Assembly (NCBI GenBank): GCA_030668615.1
Contig: DAOUTQ010000001.1
Span: forward strand, 1 to 49,173
Direction of reading: 5' to 3'
Origin: Bacteroidales bacterium
GTDB taxonomy: Bacteria > Bacteroidota > Bacteroidia > Bacteroidales > UBA12077
Length of the DNA: 49,173 nucleotides
Under the pieces are notes generated by a model. That model was not told where the DNA came from, did not search any database, and saw only the letters and a program-made list of their open reading frames with translations. Positions 37,707-46,816 of this stretch are shown here, piece after piece; the first letter of the stretch is position 1, and every line of letters starts with the position of its first letter. A program made the position numbers and the translations under genes.

Positions 37707-39503
37707 TTATCCATCCTGATTAATAAACTTATCTATTCCGATTGCAGCCTTATGTCCATTAGCAATTCCATGAATTACATCTGGTCCCTGAATTATATCT
37801 CCACCAATAAATAACCATTTAGCTCCTGTTTGGAAATACTCATCTACAACGATTCTACCACGTGGATCAAACTCAATCTGATCACGAGTTTCCGGGTTAA
37901 TATATTCAATATCCATTCCCTGACCAATTGACTCAACTATCATATCAGCCTCAAAGAATTTTGTGTCTTTCTCATCAAACTTTGGACTAAATCGTCCACT
38001 TTCGTCAAATACAGACAAACATTTCTGAACATGCAATCCTTTAATTTTATCGTTCTCAATTTCTATAGATGTTGGTCCCCAACCCGGATCAATTATTGCT
38101 TTTTCTTCTCTTGACTCAACAACTTCTTCTCTGTCGGCAGGCATAATATCTTCTGATTCTAATGATGTAGCAGTTACATCTACTTTTCCGAATTTATTAT
38201 TTTGTAATCGCGCCAACGAACGGGTAATATCCATTGCAACATTACCACCGCCAATAACAACAATCTTTTCTGATACTTGAATTTCTTTACCTAATGAAAT
38301 TTCTCTTAATAAATCGGTTGCAAAAAATACATCTTTATGATCTGATCCTGGGATTCTTGTACTTCTACCAAGGTGCAATCCTGTTCCTGCAAATACTGCA
38401 TCATAGTCACTCTTTAACTTATCTAAAGTTATATCAGTTCCAATATTTACATTGTATTCTATTTTAACACCAAGACTTAAAATGTAATTAATATCTTTAT
38501 CGATTTGATCGTAAGGTAATCGATACTCAGGAATTCCATAACGCATCATCCCTCCAGCCTCAGGTAACTTCTCATAAATTGTACAATCATATCCTGTTAA
38601 TGCAAGATAATAAGCAGCTGATAATCCGGATGGACCAGAACCAATAATTGCTACTTTTTTGCCATTATTTTCAACATTTCCTGCATTTAAAATTTCTTTA
38701 TATTTTTCTGAAGGATTTTGATCGGCAATATATCTCTTCAACCAACGAATTGACAACGGATCTCCTTTATGCCCAATAGAACAAACATCTTCGCATTTGT
38801 GAGTACAAATACGACCGCAAATTTCCGGCAGTGGATTTGTTTCATATAAAATCCGTAAACCTTCTTCTAAATCATCATTCCTGATTGCTTTGATATACTC
38901 AGGTATTCCCATATGAGCTGGACATGTTGCAGTACAAATTCCACATTCAACACATCTGTCAGCCTCTTCTTCTGCCTGTTGTTTTGAGTAACCAGTTACA
39001 AACTCAATAAATGATTTATCCCTATCTTCAGCATGAAGCTCAGGCATATGAACTCTTTCAGTTCCATAAAGTTCATAATTTGGTTCAGGTTTTTTCCAAC
39101 CTTTTTCTTCATTATCCCATGCTTTTTTATCCACTCCCGGAATAAATCTAAACGCATCAGGATCTTCATCTACCCATGTAAAATGATTTGAAAGGCTCAA
39201 CGAATTTGTTGTACATACGTCAACACATAATGCACACCAACAACAACGGCCGTAATCAATCATTGGACGTAAACCACTATCTCCATCTTTTGTTTCAATA
39301 CCATCAACAGGAACAAGGTCGATTGCTTCATTCTGGCAAATATCTTCACAAGTTCCACATCCAATACATGACTCTATATCATTTTTATGAAACCCCCTGT
39401 ATCTTTCGGCACCTTCCCTGCTTTGCGGATCTTTAATAGTAACAGGTTCTTTTACTACATGTTTCCAGGCTGTAAATGGTGATAATATGTCTTTTAATTT
39501 CAT
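37707..39503 (-). CDS. Fusion protein: NuoI/MbhN-like 2x[4Fe-4S] ferredoxin domain + GltD/NfnB/SudA-like NAD(P)H-dependent FAD oxidoreductase
   Basis: Residues ~45-100 carry CIGCGTCEDIC and CCWCALCVDVC (two Cx2Cx2Cx3C). Residues ~180-598 carry CVECGICTATCP, CGRICTHKCEDVC, VAIIGSGPSGLSAAYYL (FAD GxGxxG) and VVIGGGNVAMD (NAD(P)H). Confidence 0.8.
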   Translation of the reverse strand: MKLKDILSPFTAWKHVVKEPVTIKDPQSREGAERYRGFHKNDIESCIGCGTCEDICQNEAIDLVPVDGIETKDGDSGLRPMIDYGRCCWCALCVDVCTTNSLSLSNHFTWVDEDPDAFRFIPGVDKKAWDNEEKGWKKPEPNYELYGTERVHMPELHAEDRDKSFIEFVTGYSKQQAEEEADRCVECGICTATCPAHMGIPEYIKAIRNDDLEEGLRILYETNPLPEICGRICTHKCEDVCSIGHKGDPLSIRWLKRYIADQNPSEKYKEILNAGNVENNGKKVAIIGSGPSGLSAAYYLALTGYDCTIYEKLPEAGGMMRYGIPEYRLPYDQIDKDINYILSLGVKIEYNVNIGTDITLDKLKSDYDAVFAGTGLHLGRSTRIPGSDHKDVFFATDLLREISLGKEIQVSEKIVVIGGGNVAMDITRSLARLQNNKFGKVDVTATSLESEDIMPADREEVVESREEKAIIDPGWGPTSIEIENDKIKGLHVQKCLSVFDESGRFSPKFDEKDTKFFEADMIVESIGQGMDIEYINPETRDQIEFDPRGRIVVDEYFQTGAKWLFIGGDIIQGPDVIHGIANGHKAAIGIDKFINQDG

Positions 39504-39529
39504 ATTTATTATTTAATATTTGCTAATTA

Positions 39530-39892
39530 CTATTTATTATTGATTTTTTGGTTTAGTGTTTTTCGAGATGCTATAAATATTGATGTTAGTTCTTTACTTT
39601 CTTTTTAAAGATCTTCTAACAATTCCAACTTCATTAATTTTTCATCACTAATAAACTCTAACCAAAATATACTTTCATCAGCTTCTTCAATGTCTATACT
39701 TAATTTTGAAATAAAACTTTTCGTGGACTGAGCGATACAAGCTGCTCTATAATTTGCAGCAACAGAAGTAGAACATCGAACTAACTGACCTTTAATATGA
39801 TTCCCTAACATATTTCCAGGAAGAGATAACGCCAATTTCACACATCTATGTGCAAATGCTTTTGTTCTTAATATCAACTCATCTTTGTTCAT
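39530..39892 (-). pseudogene. Four-helix-bundle protein gene (23S rRNA intervening-sequence protein family) with an in-frame TAA
   Basis: 39605-39892 encodes 95 aa (RTKAFAHRCVKLALSLP...GQLVRCSTSVAANYRAA...ESIFWLEF). After the TAA at 39605-39607 the same frame continues as KESKELTSIFIASRKTLNQKINNK to a TAG at 39530-39532, giving the usual ~120-aa family length. Confidence 0.65.
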
Positions 39893-39927
39893 TAATAAAT
39901 ATTCAATAATAATTAATCAATTCTAAA

Positions 39928-41118
39928 TTATCTTTCAATTTCGGGTGGATAAGTGTGTAATGACACCATTAATCCGGCCACATCAGCAATATTTGTATTA
40001 ATAATCATTTTTTCTAATAAAGCAATTGCATGAGTGTAACTTGGTCCACGAACATTTATTCTACGTGGATATTCTGTTCCATCAGAAACCATATAATATC
40101 CATACTCCCCTCTTGTACATTCTGCCCGACTATATGTTTCTCCTTTTGGTACTTTCCAATGAAGCACATTAGGAGTTTTTGCTTTTATATCTCCTTTTTC
40201 CGGCATCTTAGCAAAAATCTGTCGAATTAAATCTATTGAAAGCAAAAGATCTTTTCTTCTCACATCAGCTCTGGTATATATATCAGAATCTTTACCAACA
40301 ATTGCATCAAAATCTAAATCTGCATATTTTAAATATGGATAATCTTTTCTTACATCTTTTGCCACTCCGGCAGCTCTGGCATTTGGACCAGTAATCCCAA
40401 ATTTATTTATCCATGCTGGGTCAATATACCCAATACCAACCGAACGTTTTTTGAAAACAGCATTATTAAACATTACTTTATCAATATCTCCCATAAACTT
40501 CTCTATGGTCTGTAGAGTTTCTTCCATACGTTCTTTAAAGCCGTCAGGTAATAATCCCCGAACACCGCCGGGAAGTTGATACATATGATAAATTCTACCT
40601 CCGGTTAACTCTTCAAATCTATCAAGGACGAGATCGCGAAGATAATTTGCCCATTGGCCAATAATACCTGAACCAAAAGCTCCAGATTGTCCTCCAATCC
40701 ACATAAGATATGACTGCAAGCGTGACATTTCAAGAACAAGAGTTCTTAACCATTTTGCCATTTCCGGAATTTCAATTCCGGCTAATTCTTCCATTGCAGA
40801 TGCAAAACAGTACTCATTAAAATCCGGTTCAGGAACAGCAACTCTACACACAATAGGAAAACATTGAATATATTTTCTGCGCTCCATTAGTTTTTCAAAA
40901 CCACGATGAAGGTAACCAACATGCGTTTCGCAATGCATAACTTCATCGCCTAAGACAGTGAGTTCTAAAGCCATATTCCCGGTAATACCTGGATGCTGTG
41001 GACCTTGCCACAATTTTAGATATTTGTGTGAGCTTAAATCTATATCAATTTTCCCATCAGCATTCTTCTCAGGAAATTGCGATCTGTCTTCAGTTATTTT
41101 AAACAATTTATTTTTCAT
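39928..41118 (-). CDS. NuoD / MbxL-like 49-kDa-type subunit lacking [NiFe]-ligand cysteines
   Basis: GPQHPGITGNM...VGYLHRGFEKLMERRKY is the NuoD/large-subunit signature. The position of the hydrogenase RxCGxC motif reads IVCRVAVPEP. The C-terminus reads SLHTYPPEIER instead of DPCxxCxxR. Confidence 0.8.
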   Translation of the reverse strand: MKNKLFKITEDRSQFPEKNADGKIDIDLSSHKYLKLWQGPQHPGITGNMALELTVLGDEVMHCETHVGYLHRGFEKLMERRKYIQCFPIVCRVAVPEPDFNEYCFASAMEELAGIEIPEMAKWLRTLVLEMSRLQSYLMWIGGQSGAFGSGIIGQWANYLRDLVLDRFEELTGGRIYHMYQLPGGVRGLLPDGFKERMEETLQTIEKFMGDIDKVMFNNAVFKKRSVGIGYIDPAWINKFGITGPNARAAGVAKDVRKDYPYLKYADLDFDAIVGKDSDIYTRADVRRKDLLLSIDLIRQIFAKMPEKGDIKAKTPNVLHWKVPKGETYSRAECTRGEYGYYMVSDGTEYPRRINVRGPSYTHAIALLEKMIINTNIADVAGLMVSLHTYPPEIER

Positions 41119-41626
41119 CTGGATATAGCTTTTTCTTCATGTACTCTGCCGGATCATTTGATTCTCTTCCGGGTCTTGGGAAATATGTATCTTCCGAGTA
41201 TTGCTTTGTATCAAAATCTCTTCTATATGGTGGTTTGTCGTCCCATCCTTCAAGAATAAATGGCTTATCAACATCTGGGCTACCCGGGAAATCAATTCCA
41301 AACATTTCTTTTAATTCTCTCTGATAAGTTGCTACTTGCTCCCATAAATGATGTGCAGTTTCCATAGTAGCATCCTCACGAGAAATAAACACCCTTACTC
41401 CTAAGTCTGATTTCTCATCAGGGTTATTTAAAAGATAAGTCAATTGAAATTCCTCATCTTCCAGCCAGTCAGCAGCAGTAAGTAATACCAAATGCTTAAA
41501 TCCTTTAACATCTCTCAAATAAGTTACTAAAGAAATAGCATGTTCTTTTGGAATTGTGATAAAACTGAGATTTTCTCGCTGCTCAATAATATCAGTTATA
41601 TCAAATTTGGTTTTTATATCGTTCAT
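41108..41626 (-). CDS. NuoC / MbhK-like 30-kDa-type subunit
   Basis: 172 aa. LVTYLRDVKGFKHLVLLTAADW and YQRELKEMFGIDFPG blocks are typical of Complex1_30kDa. Overlaps the NuoD-like start by 11 nt. Confidence 0.75.
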   Translation of the reverse strand: MNDIKTKFDITDIIEQRENLSFITIPKEHAISLVTYLRDVKGFKHLVLLTAADWLEDEEFQLTYLLNNPDEKSDLGVRVFISREDATMETAHHLWEQVATYQRELKEMFGIDFPGSPDVDKPFILEGWDDKPPYRRDFDTKQYSEDTYFPRPGRESNDPAEYMKKKLYPDEK

Positions 41627-41654
41627 TAATTTATTATTTATAATTGATTAATGA

Positions 41655-41717
41655 TTATTGTATTTTGTTAATTATTTTTCGTGATGCAGATAGTAAACTT
41701 TTTACTCCTTTTATCAT
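41655..41717 (-). other. Possible 20-codon remnant of a second four-helix-bundle gene in the NuoB/NuoC spacer
   Basis: Minus-strand MIKGVKSLLSASRKIINKIQ* resembles the C-terminal tail SIFIASRKTLNQKI of the 39530-39892 gene. The DNA block TTTTTCGTGATGCAGATAG compares with TTTTTCGAGATGCTATAAA. Confidence 0.3.
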
Positions 41718-41776
41718 TTTTCTATCTATGTATATTATTCAATAATTAAATAGTCATTAATAAATAGTAAATCTTA

Positions 41777-42415
41777 TTACCAATTATAATCGGGCATATC
41801 CCAATCTTTAATTACTTTCTTTTGATTTGCTTTATACCAATCAAACTTTTCTGCATAGGTATTTGCTCCTTCACCGCGTCCTTCTGTTATAATAGTTTTC
41901 AATTTATCGAAACCTGCTAATAATGATTCTGGTCTTGGCATACAGCCGGCAATATAAACATCAACAGGCATATAATGATCAAGTCTATTTATGGTGTTGT
42001 AGCTATCCCAGTACATTCCGCCGTTTATAGTACAACTACCAAGCGCAATTACAAATTTTGGATTTTGCATTTGCTCATATGTTCGAACAACTCTTTTTAA
42101 AGTTTTCACCGATAAATATCCTGAAACAACAAAAACAGAAGCTTGTCTTGGTGTTGGTCTCCACTGAATCCCATACCTGTAAGCATCAAATCGGGGAGTC
42201 ATTAAAGGGCGCATTTCAATAGCACCACAACCTGTTCCAAATCCAAGTACCCAAAGGGAATTAGCTCTTGCCCAATTCGCAAATTTTTCAATTATTGGAT
42301 GTGCTGGCTTATAAACCTTTGGTTTAGCATCACTAAAATAATCTTTTAAAGGATCTATTTCAATTGGTTTACCCTCAGGGGAAATTACCGTTCTTTTTTT
42401 AAAATCTTCTTTCAT
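41777..42415 (-). CDS. NuoB / MbhJ-like 20-kDa-type subunit with only three cysteines
   Basis: GFGTGCGAIEM (canonical is CCxxE), LGSCTINGG and IAGCMPRPE. No other Cys in the 212 aa. Confidence 0.8.
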   Translation of the reverse strand: MKEDFKKRTVISPEGKPIEIDPLKDYFSDAKPKVYKPAHPIIEKFANWARANSLWVLGFGTGCGAIEMRPLMTPRFDAYRYGIQWRPTPRQASVFVVSGYLSVKTLKRVVRTYEQMQNPKFVIALGSCTINGGMYWDSYNTINRLDHYMPVDVYIAGCMPRPESLLAGFDKLKTIITEGRGEGANTYAEKFDWYKANQKKVIKDWDMPDYNW

Positions 42416-42424
42416 CTTCTAAAA

Positions 42425-43342
42425 TCAAATTAAAATTATTGCAATAATTCCAATAATTAAGGGTACTGTTAAAAACCATCTTACTGATTGATCAACCCTA
42501 AAGCGTGGAAAAACAGTTCCCACAAAAACCGGCCACATATAGATTAAAAATGTTTTAAGGATTAGTTCAGCCCAATTTGTTGCACCTCCAAAAAGCAAAT
42601 TCATAAACAGAATTAATTTTGCTGCGGGAAAAATTGCACGATTAAGTTGCAATACACCCAAAAGACCTGACTGAAATTCTGTAGGTGGTCCTATTGGGAT
42701 TTCCTGTGGAGCTAAAACTACATCGAAAGGTGAACGTCCCATAGCTCCTAAAAACGCAATTAGCATTGCAATTGCGGCAAAAGGATTGGTAATAATTGTC
42801 CAGTTCATAAAACCACCTTGTTGAGCTGCAACAATTTCAGTTATATTTAATGTTTGATATTGCATTGCAATTGCAATAACTCCGAGTGTTAATGGCAATT
42901 CAAATGATGTAACTTGTGATAATCCTCTTGAAACACCAATTGCTGAATAAGGATGTCCACTTTCAGCTGCTCCCAACGCCATTCCTAATATTCCAAAAAA
43001 CTGAAAATAAAGAACTAATACTAAATCTCCGGCAAAAGAAAAGTTTCCAAAAATATCAGATCCAAAAATTACAGGCATAAAAAGTAATAAACCAATACCT
43101 CCTGTTAATCTGAAAACCGGAGCAATATAAAACATAACTCCATGAGTAATGGTGCTACGTTTAGCATAATTTTTAATTATATCGATATATGGCTGATACC
43201 ATCTAATCCCATAACGACGCCCTACTCTTGCACCAATCTTACGAACTACTCCCTGAAGAATAAGTCCATAATTTAAAACAATAAAGATTGTTAAAAGGGC
43301 ATACCCTATATTTTTAAATTCCATATGATCCTCCAAACGCAA
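42425..43342 (-). CDS. NuoH / MbhM-like membrane subunit
   Basis: About 8 TM helices. N-terminal LQGVVRKIGARVGRRYGIRWYQPYIDIIKN parallels the ERK..A..Q.R.GP...QP.AD..K block of NuoH. The start could be ATG 43324 instead. Confidence 0.7.
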   Translation of the reverse strand: MRLEDHMEFKNIGYALLTIFIVLNYGLILQGVVRKIGARVGRRYGIRWYQPYIDIIKNYAKRSTITHGVMFYIAPVFRLTGGIGLLLFMPVIFGSDIFGNFSFAGDLVLVLYFQFFGILGMALGAAESGHPYSAIGVSRGLSQVTSFELPLTLGVIAIAMQYQTLNITEIVAAQQGGFMNWTIITNPFAAIAMLIAFLGAMGRSPFDVVLAPQEIPIGPPTEFQSGLLGVLQLNRAIFPAAKLILFMNLLFGGATNWAELILKTFLIYMWPVFVGTVFPRFRVDQSVRWFLTVPLIIGIIAIILI

Positions 43343-46300
43343 TTAGATAAAAGATTACAATAAACGCAATTATATGAAGCACATAAGTCTGTGCGTTCCC
43401 GTCATAAATTCGCCTGATTTTATCGGCTATAGCATGAATTCCTTCAGATACTGCCTCCCAAAAATCTGAGATGATTGGTGATACAAGAAATCCTAATGCT
43501 TTTTTATAAGGTGCAAAGAAATTATATGCAAAATGTGTAGTCTCCGGCAATGATGGACGTTCAGCTGAATATCCAATATTAAATTGTTTTACTTTCTGAG
43601 CATTTCGGTTCATAAACCATAACCATGCAAAAACTATAACAAATATACCCCCAACGATATACATTATTAACTCACCATTCCAGTAGCCAAAATTACTTAC
43701 TGCTAATTGTCCCTGCCATTCCAAAGCTCCATCAGAAAAATATGGCATTATTACTTCGCCAATTGGTTTTAGTAATGAATTTGGAAATGCAGAGAAGATC
43801 ATTATTACACCTAAAATTATATATTGAGGAAGCAACATCCAGAATGGAGCTTCTTTTACTTCGCGGTGCTCATCTTTAAGTTGACCCAGAAAGATTGTAT
43901 GAATTAATCGGAAACAATATAAGAATGCAATTATTCCTGCAAAAAATATTGCACCGGCAGGTAAAAACCATCCTTTATCTAAAACAGCATTATATAATAT
44001 CCATTTTCCACCAAATCCGGTTAACGGAGGTACGCCTGAAATAACAATAATCCCCATTAAAACAGAAATAAAAGTAAAAGGCATCTTTTTTATTAATCCA
44101 CCCATCTTATACATTTCTTTAGTTTTAACCCTCATAACAACTCCTCCTATCGCAAGGAATAATAATGTTTTAAACATAAAGTGAATAACAGATAATGAAA
44201 CTGCTGCCAACCATCCTAAATGCGACATAAGTGCTAATCCAAACAAGGCATATCCTAAAAATCCAACACTGGAATAAGCAAGTAATCGCTTTGCATCTTC
44301 CTGAAATGCTGCCATCATATTACCCATTATTGCAGTAATAGCGCCAATCCATGCAAGTGCATAATAAATATCAAAACTTCCAAATGATTGAGCTCCCATT
44401 CTTAGCATTAAAACAATTAAACCAAACACACCGGCTTTCAATAAAATTGCTGATACCATAGGTGATACATCGCTTTCAGCCTCGGCATGTGCTCCCGGCA
44501 ACCAAATGTGTAATCCAATGGAAGCAGTTTTAGTCATAAAACCAACTGCCAGTAAAGTAAAAATTATTGGCGCATAGCCCTGTACATTTGCTAAAATATC
44601 AAGCGAATATGATGATTGGCCAATATGAGCCAAACCAAATCCTGCAAGTATTAAATAAGCACCTCCCACCGAGAAAAGCATATAACTCAATGCATGAGTC
44701 ATTGATTTCTTCCCTCTAATAATTAAGAAATATGAACCTATTGTCATTATTTCCCATGCAAAAAAGAATTCGAGTGTTGTATTAGCCTCAATTAAACCAA
44801 GAAGCCCTGCAAACATCATCATTACTAAAGGATAGAAACCTTGTCTTTTCCCTTTATAAGTATATCCCGCAAGTAAAGTAAGAATACCACCTGCAAGAAA
44901 TATCAAAGCAAAAATCAAGTTAAATTCTTCAAGTCCTGGATATATTGTGTATAAATAATATCCTATACCCGCTATTGAAATTGTGTTTTTAATATATACC
45001 GGCAGAAAATCAATTGCATATAAGAAAAGAATAAATAACAGTGGAATGTAATTTAGACTTGCTGCCGAACCTGTTAATGTACTATAATAATATCCAATTG
45101 CATATAAACCTAAAGCAAAAATAATGACAGGTATTATTTTATTCCATTGTATTTTAAATTCAGGTAGATCCTGATTTTCACCTTTAATTGCATATCCAAA
45201 CCAACGGAATAGATAAACTCCTTCGATAAATGATCCGATCAAAATTAGAGCAAGCCAAATAATCTTATCATTATTTGCAAGTTGCATTATTAATTCCCAC
45301 TTTGCAAAGAATGATGGAAATGGCGGGAATCCAACTAAAGCAAAAATGAAAGTCCCCATCAGAACTAATAAATGTGGATTTCTTCTGATTGCTGCCCATC
45401 CCTTTATATTTTTAGAATTAATTATTCCTGATAACCAGAACAATCCGGCTTTTGCAAGAGCATGAGATATTAAAACCCCAAAAGCTATAAATAAAGTTTT
45501 GTCTCCAAGATATGGAGTTAAACCAATTATTGTTAATAGCAGACCTATTTGTCCAATTGATGAGTAACCTAATAAACGGTTTGTTGTGTTTTGTTTTAAT
45601 CCCAATAAATTTGACCCAAGGAAAGTAATGATTCCAATTATACCTATAATATAATACCCCGACTCTCCTACAATTGGTAAAATCTTTGTGAGAACAAAAA
45701 TTACAGCTGATGCGGAAGCTGCAGAAACAATAGTCCCAATTCCTGGATGTGCTGCTTCATAAACATCCAAAGCCCATCCATTTGCAGGAAAAGGCTTTAA
45801 TTCCAAGACTATAGCAATAAGAATTAAAAATACGGCAACTGCGCCACCTTTAATAAAACTTAAATTCGAATTAATAATATCATTAATATATAAAGATTCT
45901 GCATAATAATACACAGCTATAATTCCAATCAATAGTATACCACTAATAATAGCTGTTGCAATAATATATTTAAATCCAGCACTTATAGCATTTGCACTTT
46001 TATCAAGAATAATTAAACCTGCCGTTGCAATACTGGCAATCTCAAGAAATACAAACAGATTGAAAATATCTCTGGTCATTACTACCACATTAAGTCCCAT
46101 GAACAGAAGAACAAATACCATCATCATCTGAACGCCTTTTTCTTTGAGCTTGTCATACATATATATTGCCGATAGCAATCCTACAATATTTATTATGCTC
46201 AAAAAAACTGCTTCATAAAACCCCATTTGCAAACTAATTGAAAATGGTGGTTTAAAACCTGCTGTAAAAATTTGTATTGTTTCCTGTTGCTGAGTTAAAA

Positions 46301-46451
46301 AAGCATACAACCACTGACCCGAAATAAAAGTCATAAAGGTCATTGCTAATAACATAAATGCAAAAGAAAATTTGACATTAGCTTTCTTGAAAAATCCAAG
46401 AGAAAACGCCGTTCCTAATGCAACTGCAATTATATATATTGGTCCTACCAT
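43314..46451 (-). CDS. Fused double antiporter-like subunit (two MrpD/NuoL/M/N-type proton-conducting modules in one 1045-aa protein)
   Basis: Module 1 has DIFNLFVFLEIASIATAGLI and LGYSSIGQIGLL. Module 2 has LEFFFAWEIMTIGSYFLI, WLPGAHAEAESDVS and LLAYSSVGFLGYA. About 28-30 TM helices. Confidence 0.8.
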   Translation of the reverse strand: MVGPIYIIAVALGTAFSLGFFKKANVKFSFAFMLLAMTFMTFISGQWLYAFLTQQQETIQIFTAGFKPPFSISLQMGFYEAVFLSIINIVGLLSAIYMYDKLKEKGVQMMMVFVLLFMGLNVVVMTRDIFNLFVFLEIASIATAGLIILDKSANAISAGFKYIIATAIISGILLIGIIAVYYYAESLYINDIINSNLSFIKGGAVAVFLILIAIVLELKPFPANGWALDVYEAAHPGIGTIVSAASASAVIFVLTKILPIVGESGYYIIGIIGIITFLGSNLLGLKQNTTNRLLGYSSIGQIGLLLTIIGLTPYLGDKTLFIAFGVLISHALAKAGLFWLSGIINSKNIKGWAAIRRNPHLLVLMGTFIFALVGFPPFPSFFAKWELIMQLANNDKIIWLALILIGSFIEGVYLFRWFGYAIKGENQDLPEFKIQWNKIIPVIIFALGLYAIGYYYSTLTGSAASLNYIPLLFILFLYAIDFLPVYIKNTISIAGIGYYLYTIYPGLEEFNLIFALIFLAGGILTLLAGYTYKGKRQGFYPLVMMMFAGLLGLIEANTTLEFFFAWEIMTIGSYFLIIRGKKSMTHALSYMLFSVGGAYLILAGFGLAHIGQSSYSLDILANVQGYAPIIFTLLAVGFMTKTASIGLHIWLPGAHAEAESDVSPMVSAILLKAGVFGLIVLMLRMGAQSFGSFDIYYALAWIGAITAIMGNMMAAFQEDAKRLLAYSSVGFLGYALFGLALMSHLGWLAAVSLSVIHFMFKTLLFLAIGGVVMRVKTKEMYKMGGLIKKMPFTFISVLMGIIVISGVPPLTGFGGKWILYNAVLDKGWFLPAGAIFFAGIIAFLYCFRLIHTIFLGQLKDEHREVKEAPFWMLLPQYIILGVIMIFSAFPNSLLKPIGEVIMPYFSDGALEWQGQLAVSNFGYWNGELIMYIVGGIFVIVFAWLWFMNRNAQKVKQFNIGYSAERPSLPETTHFAYNFFAPYKKALGFLVSPIISDFWEAVSEGIHAIADKIRRIYDGNAQTYVLHIIAFIVIFYLIAFGGSYGI

Positions 46452-46816
46452 TTTAGATCGTTATAATTATTGATTTCTAATGATTTCCTTTTCTGATACA
46501 TTTTTAATACATATGTAAGCATTAGTGCTGTAATACCCAATCCAATTACAATAGCTGTAAGAACTAATGCCTGTGGAACAGGATCAACAACTGCGTTTGC
46601 AGCATTATTTATATCTACAGCATTATCGAGTATTGGTGCTGTCCCGTTCTTAATATAACCAATGCTTACCATTACGATATGTATCCCTGTATCAAACAAG
46701 GCAAATCCGATAATAATCTTTATTAGGTTTTTTTGTGTTAATAAGCCCCATAAACCAATAAGAATTACAAGAATTCCAATAACAAGGCTTATATTTTCTA
46801 AATTAAACTTTTCCAT
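46445..46816 (-). CDS. MrpC/MnhC (NuoK-like) subunit
   Basis: 123 aa, 3 TM. PQALVLTAIVIGLGITALML is typical of MnhC. Overlaps the downstream start by 7 nt. Confidence 0.75.
   Translation of the reverse strand: MEKFNLENISLVIGILVILIGLWGLLTQKNLIKIIIGFALFDTGIHIVMVSIGYIKNGTAPILDNAVDINNAANAVVDPVPQALVLTAIVIGLGITALMLTYVLKMYQKRKSLEINNYNDLKW

Noticed and set aside
39928-41118. Calling the NuoD-like gene a [NiFe] hydrogenase large subunit (Mbh/Ech type)
   Set aside because: Neither the N-terminal RxCGxC nor the C-terminal DPCxxC ligand motif is present, by eye alignment. No hyp/maturation protease genes are in the window.
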